From assembly GCF_023055435.1 (NCBI RefSeq), contig NW_025963779.1, forward strand, positions 39,122,001-39,186,000: DNA of 64,000 bases, given 5' to 3'. Below the pieces are notes generated by a model that ran no database searches, was not told where the DNA came from, and saw only the letters and a program-made list of their open reading frames with translations. The position numbers were made by a program, and so were the translations under genes. Of the stretch, positions 1-13,500 are shown piece after piece (position 1 is the first letter of the stretch; the number at the start of each line of letters is the position of its first letter). Source of the DNA: Haliotis rufescens (lineage: Eukaryota).

Positions 1-3000
1 ACGGGGATATGTAATGTCTATACATGTGCAGTAGGTATTGATTCACTCTCCAGGGCACTTAGTGGACGGGGATATGTAATGTCTATACACGTGCAGTAGG
101 TATTGATTCACTCTCCTGGTTACATAGTGGACGGGGATATGTAATGTCTATACACGTGCAGTAGGTATTGATTAACTCTCCTGGGCACATAATGGGTGGG
201 GATATGTATTGTCTATACACGTGCAGTAGGTATTGATTAACTCTCTTGGTTACATAGTGGACGGGGATATGTAATGTCTATACATGTGCAGTAGGTATTG
301 ATTCACTCTCCAGGGCACTTAGTGGACGGGGATATGTAATGTCTATACACGTGCAGTAGGTATTGATTCACTCTCCTGGTTACATAGTGGACGGAGATAT
401 GTAATGTCTATACACGTGCAGTAGCTATTGATTCACTCTCCTGGGCACATAGTGGGCGGGGATATGTAATGTCTATACACGTGCAGTAGGTATTGATTCA
501 CTCTCCTGGTTACATAGTGGACGGGGATATGTAATGTCTATACACGTGCAGTAGGTATTGATTAACTCTCTTGGTTACATAGTAGGCGGGGATATGTATT
601 GTCTATACACGTGCAGTAGGTATTGATTCACTCTCCTGGTTACATAGTGGACGGGGATATGTATTGTCTATACACGTGCAGTAGGTATTGATTCACTCTC
701 CTGGTTACATAGTGGACGTGGATATGTAATGTCTATACACGTGCAGTTGGTATTGATTCACTCTCCTGGTTACATGACTGGCATGGGATATGTATTGTCT
801 ATACACGTGCAGTATGTATTGATTAACTCTCTTGGTTACATAGTTGGCGGGGATATGTATTGTCTATACACGTGCAGTAGGTATTGATTCACACTGCTGT
901 TTACATGACTGGTGTGGGATAGGTAATGTCTATACACGTGCAGTAGGTATTGATTAACTCTCTTGGTTACATAGTGGACGGGGGTATGTAATGTCTATAC
1001 ACGTGCAGTAGGTATTGATTCACTCTCCTGGGCACATAGTGGACGGGGATATGTAATGTCTATACACGTGCAGTAGGTATTGATTCACTCTCCTGGGCAC
1101 ATAGTGGACGGGGATATGTAATGTCTATACACTTGCAGTAGGTATTGATTCACTCTCCTGGTTACATAGTGGACGGGGGTATGTAATGTCTATACACGTG
1201 CAGTAGGTATTGATTCACTCTCCTGGGCACAAAGTGGACGGGGATAGGTAATGTCTATACACGTGCAGTAGGTATTGATTCACTCTCCTGGTTACATAGT
1301 GGACGGGGGTATGTAATGTCTATACACGTGCAGTAGGTATTGATTCACTCTCCTGGGCACATAGTGGACGGGGATATGTAATGTCTATACACGTGCAGTA
1401 GGTATTGATTCACTCTCCTGGGCACATAGTGGACGGGGATATGTAATGTCTATACACGTGCAGTAGGTATTGATTCACTCTCCTGGTTACATAGTGGACG
1501 GGGATATGTCATGTTTATACACGTGCAGTAGGTATTGATTAACTCTCTTGGTTACATAGTGGGCGGGGATATGTATTGTCTATACACGTGCAGTAGGTAT
1601 TGATTCACACTGCTGTTTACATGACTGGTGTGGGATAGGTAATGTCTATACACATGCGTAAGTATTGATTCACTCTTCTATTTACATGATTGGCGTAGGA
1701 TATGTAATGTCTATACACGTGCAGTAGGTATTGATTAACTCTCCTGGTTAAATGACTGGCATGGGATATGTATTGTCTATACACGTGCAGTATGTATTGA
1801 TTAACTCTCTTGGTTACATAGTTGGCGGGGATATGTATTGTCTATACACGTGCAGTAGGTATTGATTCACACTGCTGTTTACATGACTGGTGTGGGATAG
1901 GTAATGTCTATACACTTGCAGTAGGTATTGATTCACTCTCCTGGTTACATAGTGGACAGGGCTATGTAATGTCTATACACGTGCAGTAGGTATTGATTCA
2001 CTCTCCTGGGCACATAGTGGACGGGGATATGTAATGTCTTTACACGTGCAGTAGGTATTGATTCACTCTCCTGGGCACATAGTGGACGGGGATATGTAAT
2101 GTCTATACACGTGCAGTAGGTATTGATTCACTCTCCTGGGCACATAGTGGGCGGGGATGTGTAATATCTTTTCACGTGCAGTAGGTATTGATTCACTCTC
2201 CTTGTTACATAGTTGACGGGGGGTATGTAATGTCTATACACGTGCAGTAGGTATTGATTCACTCTCCTGGGCACATAGTGGGCGGGGATGTGTAATATCT
2301 ATACACGTGCAATAGGTATTGATTCACTCCCCTGGGCACATAGTGGAGGGGGGATATGTAATGTCTATACACGTGCAGTAGGTATTGATTCACTCTCCTG
2401 GTTACATAGTGGACGGGGATATGTAATGTCTATACACGTGCAGTAGGTATTGATTCACTCTCCTGGGCACATAATGGGTGGTGATATGTATTGTCTATAC
2501 ACGTGCAGTAGGTATTGATTCACTCTCCTGGTTACATAGTGGACGGGGATATGTTATGTCTATACACGTGCAGTAGGTATTGATTCACTCTCCAGGGCAC
2601 ATAGTGGACGGGGATATGTAATGTCTATACACGTGCAGTAGGTATTGATTCACTCTCCTGGTTACATAGTGGACGGGGATATGTAATGTCTATACACGTG
2701 CAGTAGGTATTGATTCACTCTCCTGGTTACATAGTGGACGGGGATATGTAATGTCTATGCACGTGCAGTAGGTATTGATTCACTCTCTCGGTTACATAGT
2801 GGGCGGGGATATGTATTGTCTATACACGTGCAGTAGGTATTGATTCACACTGCTGTTTACATGACTGGTGTGGGATAGGTAATGTCTATACACATGCGGT
2901 AAGTATTGATTCACTCTTCTATTTACATGATTGGCGTAGGATATGTAATGTCTATACACGTGCAGTAGGTATTGATTAACTCTCCTGGTTAAATGACTGG

Positions 3001-6000
3001 CATGGGATATGTATTGTCTATACACGTGCAGTATGTATTAATTAACTCTCTTGGTTACATAGTTGGCGGGGATATGTATTGTCTATACACGTGCAGTAGG
3101 TATTGATTCACACTGCTGTTTACATGACTGGTGTGGGATAGGTAATGTCTATACACGTGCAGTAGGTATTGATTAACTCTCTTGGTTACATAGTTGGCGG
3201 GGATATGTATTGTCTATACACGTGCAGTAGGTATTGATTCACTCTCCTGGTTACATAGTGGACGGGGATATGTAATGTCTATACACGTGCAGTAGGTATT
3301 GATTCACTCTCCTGGTTACACAGTGGACGGGGATATGTAATGTCTATACACGTGCAGTTGGTATTGATTCACTCTCTTTGGCACATAGTGGGCGGGGATG
3401 TGTAATATCTATACACGTGCAATAGGTATTGATTCACTCTCCTGGGCACATAGTGAAGGGGGGATATGTAATGTCTTTACACGTGCAGTAGGTATTGATT
3501 CACTCTCCTGGTTACATAGTGGACGGGGATATGTAATGTCTATACACGTGCAGTAGGTATTGATTCACTCTCCTGGGCACATAATGGGTGGGGATATGTA
3601 TTGTCTATACACGTGCAGTAGGTATTGATTCACTCTCCAGGGCACATAGTGGACGGGGATATGTAATGTCTATACACGTGCAGTAGGTATTGATTCACTC
3701 TCCAGGGCACATAGTGGACGGGGATATGTAATGTCTATACACGTGCAGTAGGTATTGATTCACTCTCCTGGTTACATAGTGGACGGGGATATATAATGTC
3801 TATACACGTGCAGTAGGTATTGATTCACTCTCCTGGTTACATAGTGGACGGGGATATGTAATGTCTATACACGTGCAGAAGGTATTGATTCACTCTCCTG
3901 GTTACATAGTGGACGGGGATATGTAATGTCTATACACGTGCAGTAGGTATTGATTAACTCTCTTGGTTACATAGTGGACGGGGATATGTAATGTCTATAC
4001 ACGTGCAGTAGGTATTGATTCACTCTCCTGGTTACATAGTGGACGGGAATATATAATGTCTATACATGTGCAGTAGGTATTGATTCACTCTCCTGGTTAC
4101 ATAGTGGACGGGGATATGTAATGTCTATACACGTGCAGAAGGAATTGATTCACTCTCCTGGTTACATAGTGGACGGGGATATGTAATGTCTATACACGTG
4201 CAGTAGGTATTGATTAACTCTCTTGGTTACATAGTTGGCGGGGATATGTATTGTCTATACACGTGCAGTAGGTATTGATTCACTCTCCTGGTTACATAGT
4301 GGACGGCGATATGTAATGTCTATACACGTGCAGTAGGTATTGATTCACTCTCCTGGTTACACAGTGGACGGGGATATGTAATGTCTATACACGTGCAGTT
4401 GGTATTGATTCACTCTCTTTGGCACATAGTGGGCGGGGATGTGTAATATCTATACACGTGCAATAGGTATTGATTCACTCTCCTGGGCACATAGTGGAGG
4501 GGGGATATGTAATGTCTTTACACGTGCAGTAGGTATTGATTCACTCTCCTGGTTACATAGTGGACGGGGATATGTAATGTCTATACACTTGCAGTAGGTA
4601 TTGATTAACTCTCTTGGTTACATAGTTGGCGGGGATATGTATTGTCTATCCACGTGAAGTAGGTATTGATTCACACTGCTGTTTACATGACTGGTGTGGG
4701 ATAGGTAATGTCTATACTCTTGCAGTAGGTTTTGATTAACTCTCTTGGTTACATAGTTGGCGGGGATATGTATTGTCTATACACGTGCAGTAGGTATTGA
4801 TTCACACTGCTGTTTACATGACTGGTGTGGGATAGGTAATGTCTATACACTTGCAGTAGGTATTGATTAACTCTCTTGGTTACATAGTTGGCGGGGATAT
4901 GTATTGTCTATACACGTGCAGTAGGTATTGATTCACACTGCTGTTTACATGACTGGTGTGGGATAGGTAATGTCTATACACGTGCAGTAGGTATTGATTA
5001 ACTCTCTTGGTTACATAGTTGGCGGGGATATGTATTGTCTATACACGTGCAGTAGGTATTGATTCACTCTCCTGGTTACATAGTGGACGGGGATATGTAA
5101 TGTCTATACACGTGCAGTAGGTATTGATTCACTCTCCTGGTTACACAGTGGACGGGGATATGTAATGTCTATACACGTGCAGTTGGTATTGATTCACTCT
5201 CTTTGGCACATAGTGGGCGGGGATGTGTAGTATCTATACACGTGCAATAGGTATTGATTCACTCTCCTGGGCACATAGTGGAGGGGGGATATGTAATGTC
5301 TTTACACGTGCAGTAGGTATTGATTCACTCTCCTGGTTACATAGTGGACGGGGATATGTAATGTCTATACACGTGCAGTAGGTATTGATTCACTCTCCTG
5401 GGCACATAATGGGTGGGGATATGTATTGTCTATACACGTGCAGTAGGTATTGATTAACTCTCTTGGTTACATAGTGGACGGGGATATGTAATGTCTATAC
5501 ACGTGCAGTAGGTATTGATTCACTCTCCAGGGCACATAGTGGACGGGGATATGTAATGTCTCTACACGTGCAGTAGGTATTGATTCACTCTCCTGGTTAC
5601 ATAGTGGACGGGGATATATAATGTCTATACACGTGCAGTAGGTATTGATTCACTCTCCTGGTTACATAGTGGACGGGGATATGTAATGTCTATACACGTG
5701 CAGAAGGAATTGATTCACTCTCCTGGTTACATAGTGGACGGGGATATGTAATGTCTATACACGTGCAGTAGGTATTGATTAACTCTCTTGGTTACATAGT
5801 GGACGGGGATATGTAATGTCTATACACGTGCAGTAGGTATTGATTCACTCTCCTGGTTACATAGTGGACGGGGATATGTAATGTCTATACACGTGTAGTA
5901 GGTATTGATTCACTCTCCTGGGCACATAGTGGACGGGGATATGTAATGTCTATACACGTGCAGTAGGTATTGATTAACTCTCTTGGTTACATAGTTGGCG

Positions 6001-6500
6001 GGGATATGTATTGTCTATACACGTGCAGTAGGTATTGATTAACTCTCCTGGTTACATAGTGGACGGGGATATGTGAGTCTATACACGTGCAGTAGGTATT
6101 GATTCACTCTCCTGGTTACACAGTGGACGGGGATATGTAATGTCTATACACGTGCAGTTGGTATTGATTCACTCTCTTTGGCACATAGTGGGCGGGGATG
6201 TGTACTATCTATACACGTGCAGTAGGTATTGATTCACTCTCCTGGGCACATAGTGGACGGGGGATATGTAATGTCTATACACGTGCAGTAGGTATTGATT
6301 CACTCTCCTGGTTACATAGTGGACGGGGATATGTAATGTCTTTACACGTGCAGTAGGTATTGATTCACTCTCCTGGGCACATAATGGGTGGGCATATGTA
6401 ATGTCTATACACGTGCAGTAGGTATTGATTCACTCTCCTGGTTACATAGTGGACGGGAATATGTAATGTCTATACACGTGCAGTAGGTATTGATTCACTC
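1..6500. repeat. 65-bp satellite, ~100 copies, runs off window start
   Basis: Unit ACGGGGATATGTAATGTCTATACACGTGCAGTAGGTATTGATTCACTCTCCTGGTTACATAGTGG repeated head-to-tail with recurring variant types. Confidence 0.98.
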
Positions 6501-7139
6501 AAGGGACTACTGAGTGCAGCACATTGTGTATGTCGCTTTACTGCAATGCACAGGCTCGGGTTTGTATAGATACCCACTGAAACACGGTCTTGGAGTCCTA
6601 GGACTGGCATATGTGAAAGGCATATGCTTTTTTCATACTTTGATAATAAAGCTGGACTGTGTGTCTGGGTAAAATCGCAGGGCCACTGAACGTGTGGCAT
6701 GGTTAGTTTAAACATATTTTATTTTAATCAAGCCAATATCAACATCACAGGTATCTTCCACGATTAACAACAGCTGAGTGCATCAATTCGTTTCTAGCTA
6801 ATTTAAATGGGCATTCCTTGAAACAAATATATGATTTTTCACCTGGGCTGCCACATCGGCATTTTGTATCCTCGTTTAAAGCTTTTCTAAATAAATCATT
6901 TTTAATTCACTATTCCCATGTCTTAATTCTGTATGTATTTTGTTCTGCTATCTTATGAGAAGTATGGTGGAACTAGATGTATCTTTTGTTTTATTGGTAC
7001 AGCCGTCCCAAACTTCACATGCATATTCAAAATGTTGAGCATAAACTTAAATTCTCATTGAATGAGTGAGTCGGGTTAAACGCCGCTTTGAACAGTATTC
7101 CAGTTTTATCACGGCGTGTAGAAAAAACAATCGAAGTAA

Positions 7140-7460
7140 CGAGATAAAAACTCGAAACTTCGAGCATCATTATTGCGTGTATCATCTAAATTAGTTTCAG
7201 TGAAACAAACCACGTGACAGTAGAAACAATACACACTTGGAAAATCTAACTTACTGCGTGTTAATACATTGGGGAAGTACACAGATTTCTCGTGCCGAGC
7301 AGTTTCACGGATCAGTGGGCCCAGGTTGAGCTCCATGTTCCCGGCAAGCTGTAGATACAACAACAGCAATAAAACAATGTCCGGATAACCTGCCTGCGTT
7401 TGTAAAATACAGAGACACAGAATGAATGCACATGTTTTTTTATTAGTGATTAGTACAACA
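7140..7460 (-). mobile_element. Decayed 5' part of CR1/L2-type LINE ORF2 (2A-like motif plus start of AP endonuclease)
   Basis: LLLLLYLQLAGNMELNLGP resembles LLxxGD(V/I)ExNPGP. It is followed by NVLTRSKLD...VVCFTETNLD, an APE N-terminal motif. Confidence 0.6.
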
Positions 7461-8214
7461 CCCATTGAACATAGTTCGTTCAAGAGCGTTTTTGATCGAA
7501 TTTCTATTACAAATAGCCCACTTATAGAATTGGAGCTTACTTTGCTGGGATAGAATTGTAATTCAACATGGAACACCTCAATCGCCCTACGATGGTGGAC
7601 AATGTCATTAACCATATGGCAGATACATTTTGAAGTAGGTGCAATGTGTGTAGCGACATGACTGACGGGTGGTATATTTGGAACGTGAGCTAGTTTTCAC
7701 AAGAGTTTATGACCCGGATACATTGGAAATGATCAAATGCGAGACAGAATGGTTGAGGGAGCACACACAAAGATACAACCCAGTGTTGCGTCATGGTTAA
7801 AGTTGGTGCATGAGGGTAGGCACAAAGGAACAGGATAATAATAGGTGAGACTGTTCATATGTGTAAATCCTGCCGTCGTCTGGCATGTTGAGTCCTGACT
7901 TTTAGTAGATTTTGAATACCGTATGGCTTGAGGAAAATACCAGAGTTTCTTGACACAGACGTGTTTCTCTTCTTCTTTAATCTGAGAGGCCCATCGACAG
8001 TCTAGCGGCAGTACTATATGTGTCAGCTGATCTACGACTTTCATTTAGAACAGCCTCGACTTCACCTTAATGTTCCTTCCCGGAAATAGACCTGTTTACT
8101 TCTACATGTCTGGCCATCGGTGTTATTGTCTTTGTTGTAATTAGGTGCATGCCACACATAATACAATGCCATAAAAGGTGGGCTTTTTACAGCCACAGCT
8201 TCTATTAAGGTGAT

Positions 8215-8258
8215 CACACACACACACACACATTGACACACAAGCGCGCGCGCGAACT

Positions 8259-8300
<42 letters not shown>
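8215..8300. repeat. (CA)n microsatellite with (CG)n core
   Basis: Direct reading. Confidence 0.95.
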
Positions 8301-8301
<1 letters not shown>

Positions 8302-8404
8302 GCGTTATCATTAAAAAAGAGAACAGAGCCCACTTTATTCCACTTCCTTAAAACACTCTCTTAACACAAAAATCGCACATTCCATATTCAGGATCGGGAT
8401 TAGA

Positions 8405-8580
8405 ATACATGGGTTCGAATCAGAGAACGAAGCCGGTAGGGATCCTTGGCTTGTGAGCAGCCTAACCGTGGTACGATGAGCGTCAGTGTTGGCCTTCCGT
8501 CCGCACCGAGCTGACACGCCGTGATATAACAGAAATACTGGTCAAAATCGACCTCAAATTAACTCAAATCACTCACTCAA
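8405..8580 (+). mobile_element. Degenerate tRNA-derived SINE
   Basis: B-box GGTTCGAATC; 3' tail CGTGATATA...CACTCACTCA shared with other SINEs in the window. Confidence 0.45.
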
Positions 8581-9029
8581 AAAAACTTACCACACTAAAC
8601 TAAGTTTGAATACACAGGGCTCATTAATGATTATTAGACTCTATCGAACAGGTGTTACTGGTGGTGAACTAAGAATGATACGTGCCACTTACCTCTGTTT
8701 TGAATGTGTCCCTGTGAATCTTAAGCGTGTAAATCCGAGGTCTGAGACAAGCTTCTGTTATTTCTCTACACTATTTGCACTTTACATCGTAGCATATACA
8801 TTGCGTGGTTATATTGCCGTAAGTCTATGTCTGTGACATATGTCTTGTGGGATAGAGACAATATATCAGGGTGTTGCGTCGTAAGTTGCCTAGGAAATAC
8901 CACGGACCTATATAACCAAGTATTATACAAGTCCGTGGAAATACCCCCCCTGTCAGCGAGTCTAAGGTCATCTCGACACGCTTCATCGTTTAGGGGAGTG
9001 CCTCATCCACATGTTCGTGATCATGATGT

Positions 9030-9497
9030 GGCGTGGCTCCTATTCGAGTGGAAACCGGTCGGTACGATGGTGTACCCGTCAACAATAGAAAATGTTTTCA
9101 CTGGAATGACAGCGTAGAAGACGAGGCCTATGTTTTTTGTTTCACTGCGTATTATATGACGATATCAGGGCAACTCTTTTTAATGAATGTATTGCTAAAT
9201 CTTATAATGTTTTAGATATACCTGATATCGACAAACTTTGTTTAATTTTCAGTGACTCCAGTGTGTGTTTTATACTTGCCAAAGTCTGCTTTTTAATTCT
9301 TAATCGTAGAAAACATCTTTTATATGGATAACTTTTTACTATATCATCTTTATATCATTTATGTATAAATTCTGTGATAATTTATCTCTCATAATTCTAT
9401 TGAATGGTTCTGTACATTCTGTCTATGTCAAGTTGTACAAAGCTGTTTTATGTATGTACAGAAGTGAGACGTTAATAAACTATTGTCTGTCTGTCTG
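9030..9497 (+). mobile_element. 3' end of non-LTR retrotransposon (LINE ORF2 C-terminus and 3' UTR)
   Basis: Frameshifted PIRVETGRY...RKC...VEDE...FHCVLYDDIR C-terminal motif; ends AATAAA + (TGTC)n tail. Confidence 0.7.
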
Positions 9498-9808
9498 AGT
9501 CCCGGAGCTACAGTATATGCGTAACACTGCCCATACTTGAACTAAAATAGCGCATGTAACTACATGTCATAATAAAAGCATCGTGTGACGCATTCGTAAT
9601 GTAGCAGTATCTATTTCCGCACCAAAATGACTAAGTTTGTGATAAGTATATATGGTGGTCATGAAAAGTTGTAACGTATATTCGGGGGTGGGGGGTGGCC
9701 AATCTCCCCTCTCCCTCACCCCAAACACCTGTTATACACGCAATGACCAGTCCCCAATGAATGTTGTAGCTGTTTTAATATAACTTAATATGGATGTTCG
9801 AATATGTA

Positions 9809-10217
9809 TGTAACGTGGGAAATCAGTACAGAAGAGTGAATGGTTTCATCGAAGAGTATTTATTGTCGTTCCATGATGGCAAACTTGATGAAAAACAAGG
9901 AATGACAAAGTTGTGGCTTCGTATGTGTAGCTCTCTAAAAATGTTGTGTACCTCGCACTTTGACAAGCATGGCGACTATAGCGCGAAAACTATGAAACAA
10001 GTGCACCATGGGAAAAGTTGAAAGCTTTGCGTACTTTTATCCAATTTAATAGTTACGATGCATCAGAATTCTTACAGGTACATTTAATTATATTTTAACA
10101 GTTTATTTATAAATTTTAACAGCAAATGTAACTCTAAAACATTTCAAATTTGTGATTATTTCCGGAAGGTACCGACTATTTCCGGCAAGGATTTTATGTG
10201 CGCAATACCTCTTCACA
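9809..10217 (-). repeat. 3' LTR of Gypsy element
   Basis: Near-identical to 15484-15892; adjacent to the PPT at 10218-10228. Confidence 0.96.
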
Positions 10218-10529
10218 CTCCCCTGCTAAATAGTTGACTCCTGGCAACTAACAATCTATATACTCTAAGGGACAATATATCATTCACATCAGGCATCTAT
10301 TACAAGTCACAGGAAAAAGCATTTCGACTTGAAACAAGTAACTGCCACACTTCTAAAGAATACACATAATCAAATGTAAACAATATCAACATGGTGCAAT
10401 TAACAATGTGCACTGAGCAGTTTAAAAATAATACTGGTACGGAAGTTGTAAACATAACACAGGCTTTGGTTCGTCAAAAAGTTTCCTTTTTCACAGTAAA
10501 TGTCTGGACGGAACAAATCAGCTCACTGT

Positions 10530-13500
10530 TTACTTTGGGACGGACTTCGCTAACAACTGCAGTAACAACAACTGCGACTGACTAATATTAGCTAACACAG
10601 TAGGGTCTATTGGAGCAACTACAGTCACTTCATTCTGTGCTGCGGACTGCGGTAGGTTGTGAGGGTTGGGATGCTGTCCGGCGTTCGAACGCGTTGTTCG
10701 TCGAAGTGGTGGAGCTTCATCTTCCGCACAAGCGTCCATTTCAAGCTCACCACCTTGACACGAAGCAGTAGCATCACCTGGATCCCTACTAGTAGTGGCA
10801 AGTGTGACTGTATCACTCACAACATTATCTTTGATGTTGTCACTATTAGGGTCACTACTAACTGCACTACACAGATTGTCCCCAGCATGATCACTCTCAA
10901 GTGTCCCATCAGCTGAATCACTGGAGGCCTGGGTGTTTACAGGCTCCCCTGCTATGCATGAAGCACTTCCACACACTTTTGAAATACCCTCGTTGGATAC
11001 CTCATCTGGAACACTAACACGAAACGTACAAGCTTCTGGAAGATTGTTCTCGTTCTCGGCTTCAACTGCAGCACTTCTGGCAGTTGTACTGACCACTGGT
11101 TCCACTCTGTCTTCAAGATGGGGGTCTGTCTGTATATCAGACACAAGTGTTCTTGAGTCCAACAGTTCTTTTCTGTGTACTTGTTTTGGATTATCACTGT
11201 CGAGAGGACAGATAGCATAAACTTGGTTTTCTTTCCTAGCAATGACTTTGTATGGCTCTGGTCGCCAAATGTCTTGAATCTTATGTCTCCCGGCCGGATG
11301 ATTTCTGAGAAATACCCTGGCTCCAACTACAAGTTCTCTGTCATTCGTGTTTTTATTTACTCTTGCTTGCCTTTGCAGTGCAGCTTCTTCGGTTCTCCTG
11401 CTGGCTTGGTTAAATGCTGCTTGTAACCGCTGATGGTGTTCTGTCACCCAGTCCGTCTCTGTGGTCTCATCTACTTGATCTCCTATAACAAGGTCAACCG
11501 GTAACTTTGGGTCTCGCCCGAAGAACAAGTAGAAGGGTGAATACCCTGTGGTAGCATGTGGGGTACAGTTGTAAGCATAGATCAGCTCTGGCAGTAGTTG
11601 TGGCCATTTCTTCTTTTGAGGGAGAGGCAAGGTTCTTAGCATGTTATGCAGAGTTCTATTGAATCTCTCACACTGCGAGTTTCCTTCTGGGTGATATGGT
11701 GTGGTTTTGGTCTTTCTTACACCATATATGCTACATAGCTCGTGAATGATGTTGGATTCGAAATTTCTACCTTGATCACTATGTAGCCTTCGGGGGACAC
11801 CAAACTTGACGAACCATTCTTTAACCAAGATCCTGGCAACAGTCCTTGCGGTCTGATCCCTGGTTGGGAAGGCTTGTGTGAATTTAGTGTACACGTCCGT
11901 GAGAACAAGTACATTTTCGAGTCCATGAGTGCCCTTCTCCAACAGCGTATAGTCCATTGCTAGGATTTCGAGTGGTCGTTTGGCGATGATGCTTCCATAT
12001 GATGGCTTCACAGAGGGCCCATGTTTCCCCAGCAAACACCTCTCACACTTTTTGCAGTATTCTTCTGTGTCCCTTGCCATGTATGGCCAGAAGCATCTCG
12101 CTCTCAGAACGGAAATGGTCCTCTCTGCACTGGGATGTCCACTTTCGTCATGGCTAGCCTTGAGGACTCTTGATTGGAGCTTGTTGGGAATAACGACTCG
12201 CAATGTTGGCTTATTGTCCACTTTTACCTGACGATAGAGAACTCCATTTTGCAGGACCATGTTTTTCCAGCATTTCAGTATTCTGCGTGTATTTGGGTGC
12301 TCTTTCAACCGGTCTCTGTAAGATGGATACTGGTCCTGGTTGTAATGAAATAGGAACCTCTTGATGTTCACATCTTCTTCCTGCATTTTCTTCATTTCTT
12401 CGGGGAGAACAGTAGGGAGATTTGTGCTTGGTATTGGTTCGAGGCGTACTGTTTGTATTTGCAAAGACTCCAAACAAACTGACTTCGTGTCTTGCTGGAT
12501 CTGCGTCTTCAGTTGGACGGGTACCATGGTTGACATAACTGGCATGTCACTGGAGCCAACTACGGAAATCTTTTCCATTCGTGCAACTTCAGGGATGTGG
12601 GTTTCTTTCCTGCTTAATGAGTCAGCGTTTCTGTTCTTCTTTCCCGATCTGTGCCGAATGACAAGGTTGAACTGTGCCAGTTCTCCAATCCACCTTGTTT
12701 CCGTTGCACCTAACTTTGCAGTGGTCTGGACATAGCTCAACGGGTCATTGTCTGTGTAGACAGTACATTCAGTTCCAAGAAGGAAATCTCTGAATTTTTC
12801 GGTGACAGCCCACTTCAGTGCAACAAGCTCCAACTTCATACTGCTGTAGTTGTCCATATTTCTTTCGGCTGGTCTTAAGGATCTGCTAGCAAAGCTCAGC
12901 ACCACTTTTCCAGATTCCTGGTCCTGTGACAATACCGCTCCTAATCCATAGTGACTAGCATCGACCTCAAGGATATACGGTCTATCAAAATCAGGGTGTC
13001 CCAGGACTGGCGACATGGTAAGACGAAACTTCAGCTCTTCAAAGGCCTTGTCACAAGAGCTGTCCCAAGCTTTCATACCACTCCCTGGCTGAACTTTCCT
13101 TCTTCCTTTCTTTCCCAATCTTTTGCCTTGCAGCAGAGAATGTAGAGGAGCTGCAATACTGGCGAAGCCTTGAACAAACTTTCGGTAATAACCTGCCAAC
13201 CCAAGAAAGCCTCTCAACTGTGTCTCTGTCTTAGGAACTGCCCAACCACTAACAGCTGTGATCTTGTCCGGATCTGGAGCAATACCTTCCTCAGAGACAA
13301 TGTGTCCAAGATAACGAAGTTTTTCCTTGAAGAGTTGACATTTTTCAGGTTTAATTTTCAGATTATATTTGGTGAGTCTGGTCAACACCATGTCCAGACG
13401 TTCTAGAGCTTCTTCAAATGTTGTCCCAAATATAAGAATGTCATCTAAATAGATGAGGAGAGTTTGGAAATTTTCGTCGCCGAAGATTTTATCCATCAGT

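Noticed and set aside
9794-10021. Duplicated 68-75-aa ORF (also 15490-15696)
   Set aside because: Antisense reading of the two LTR copies
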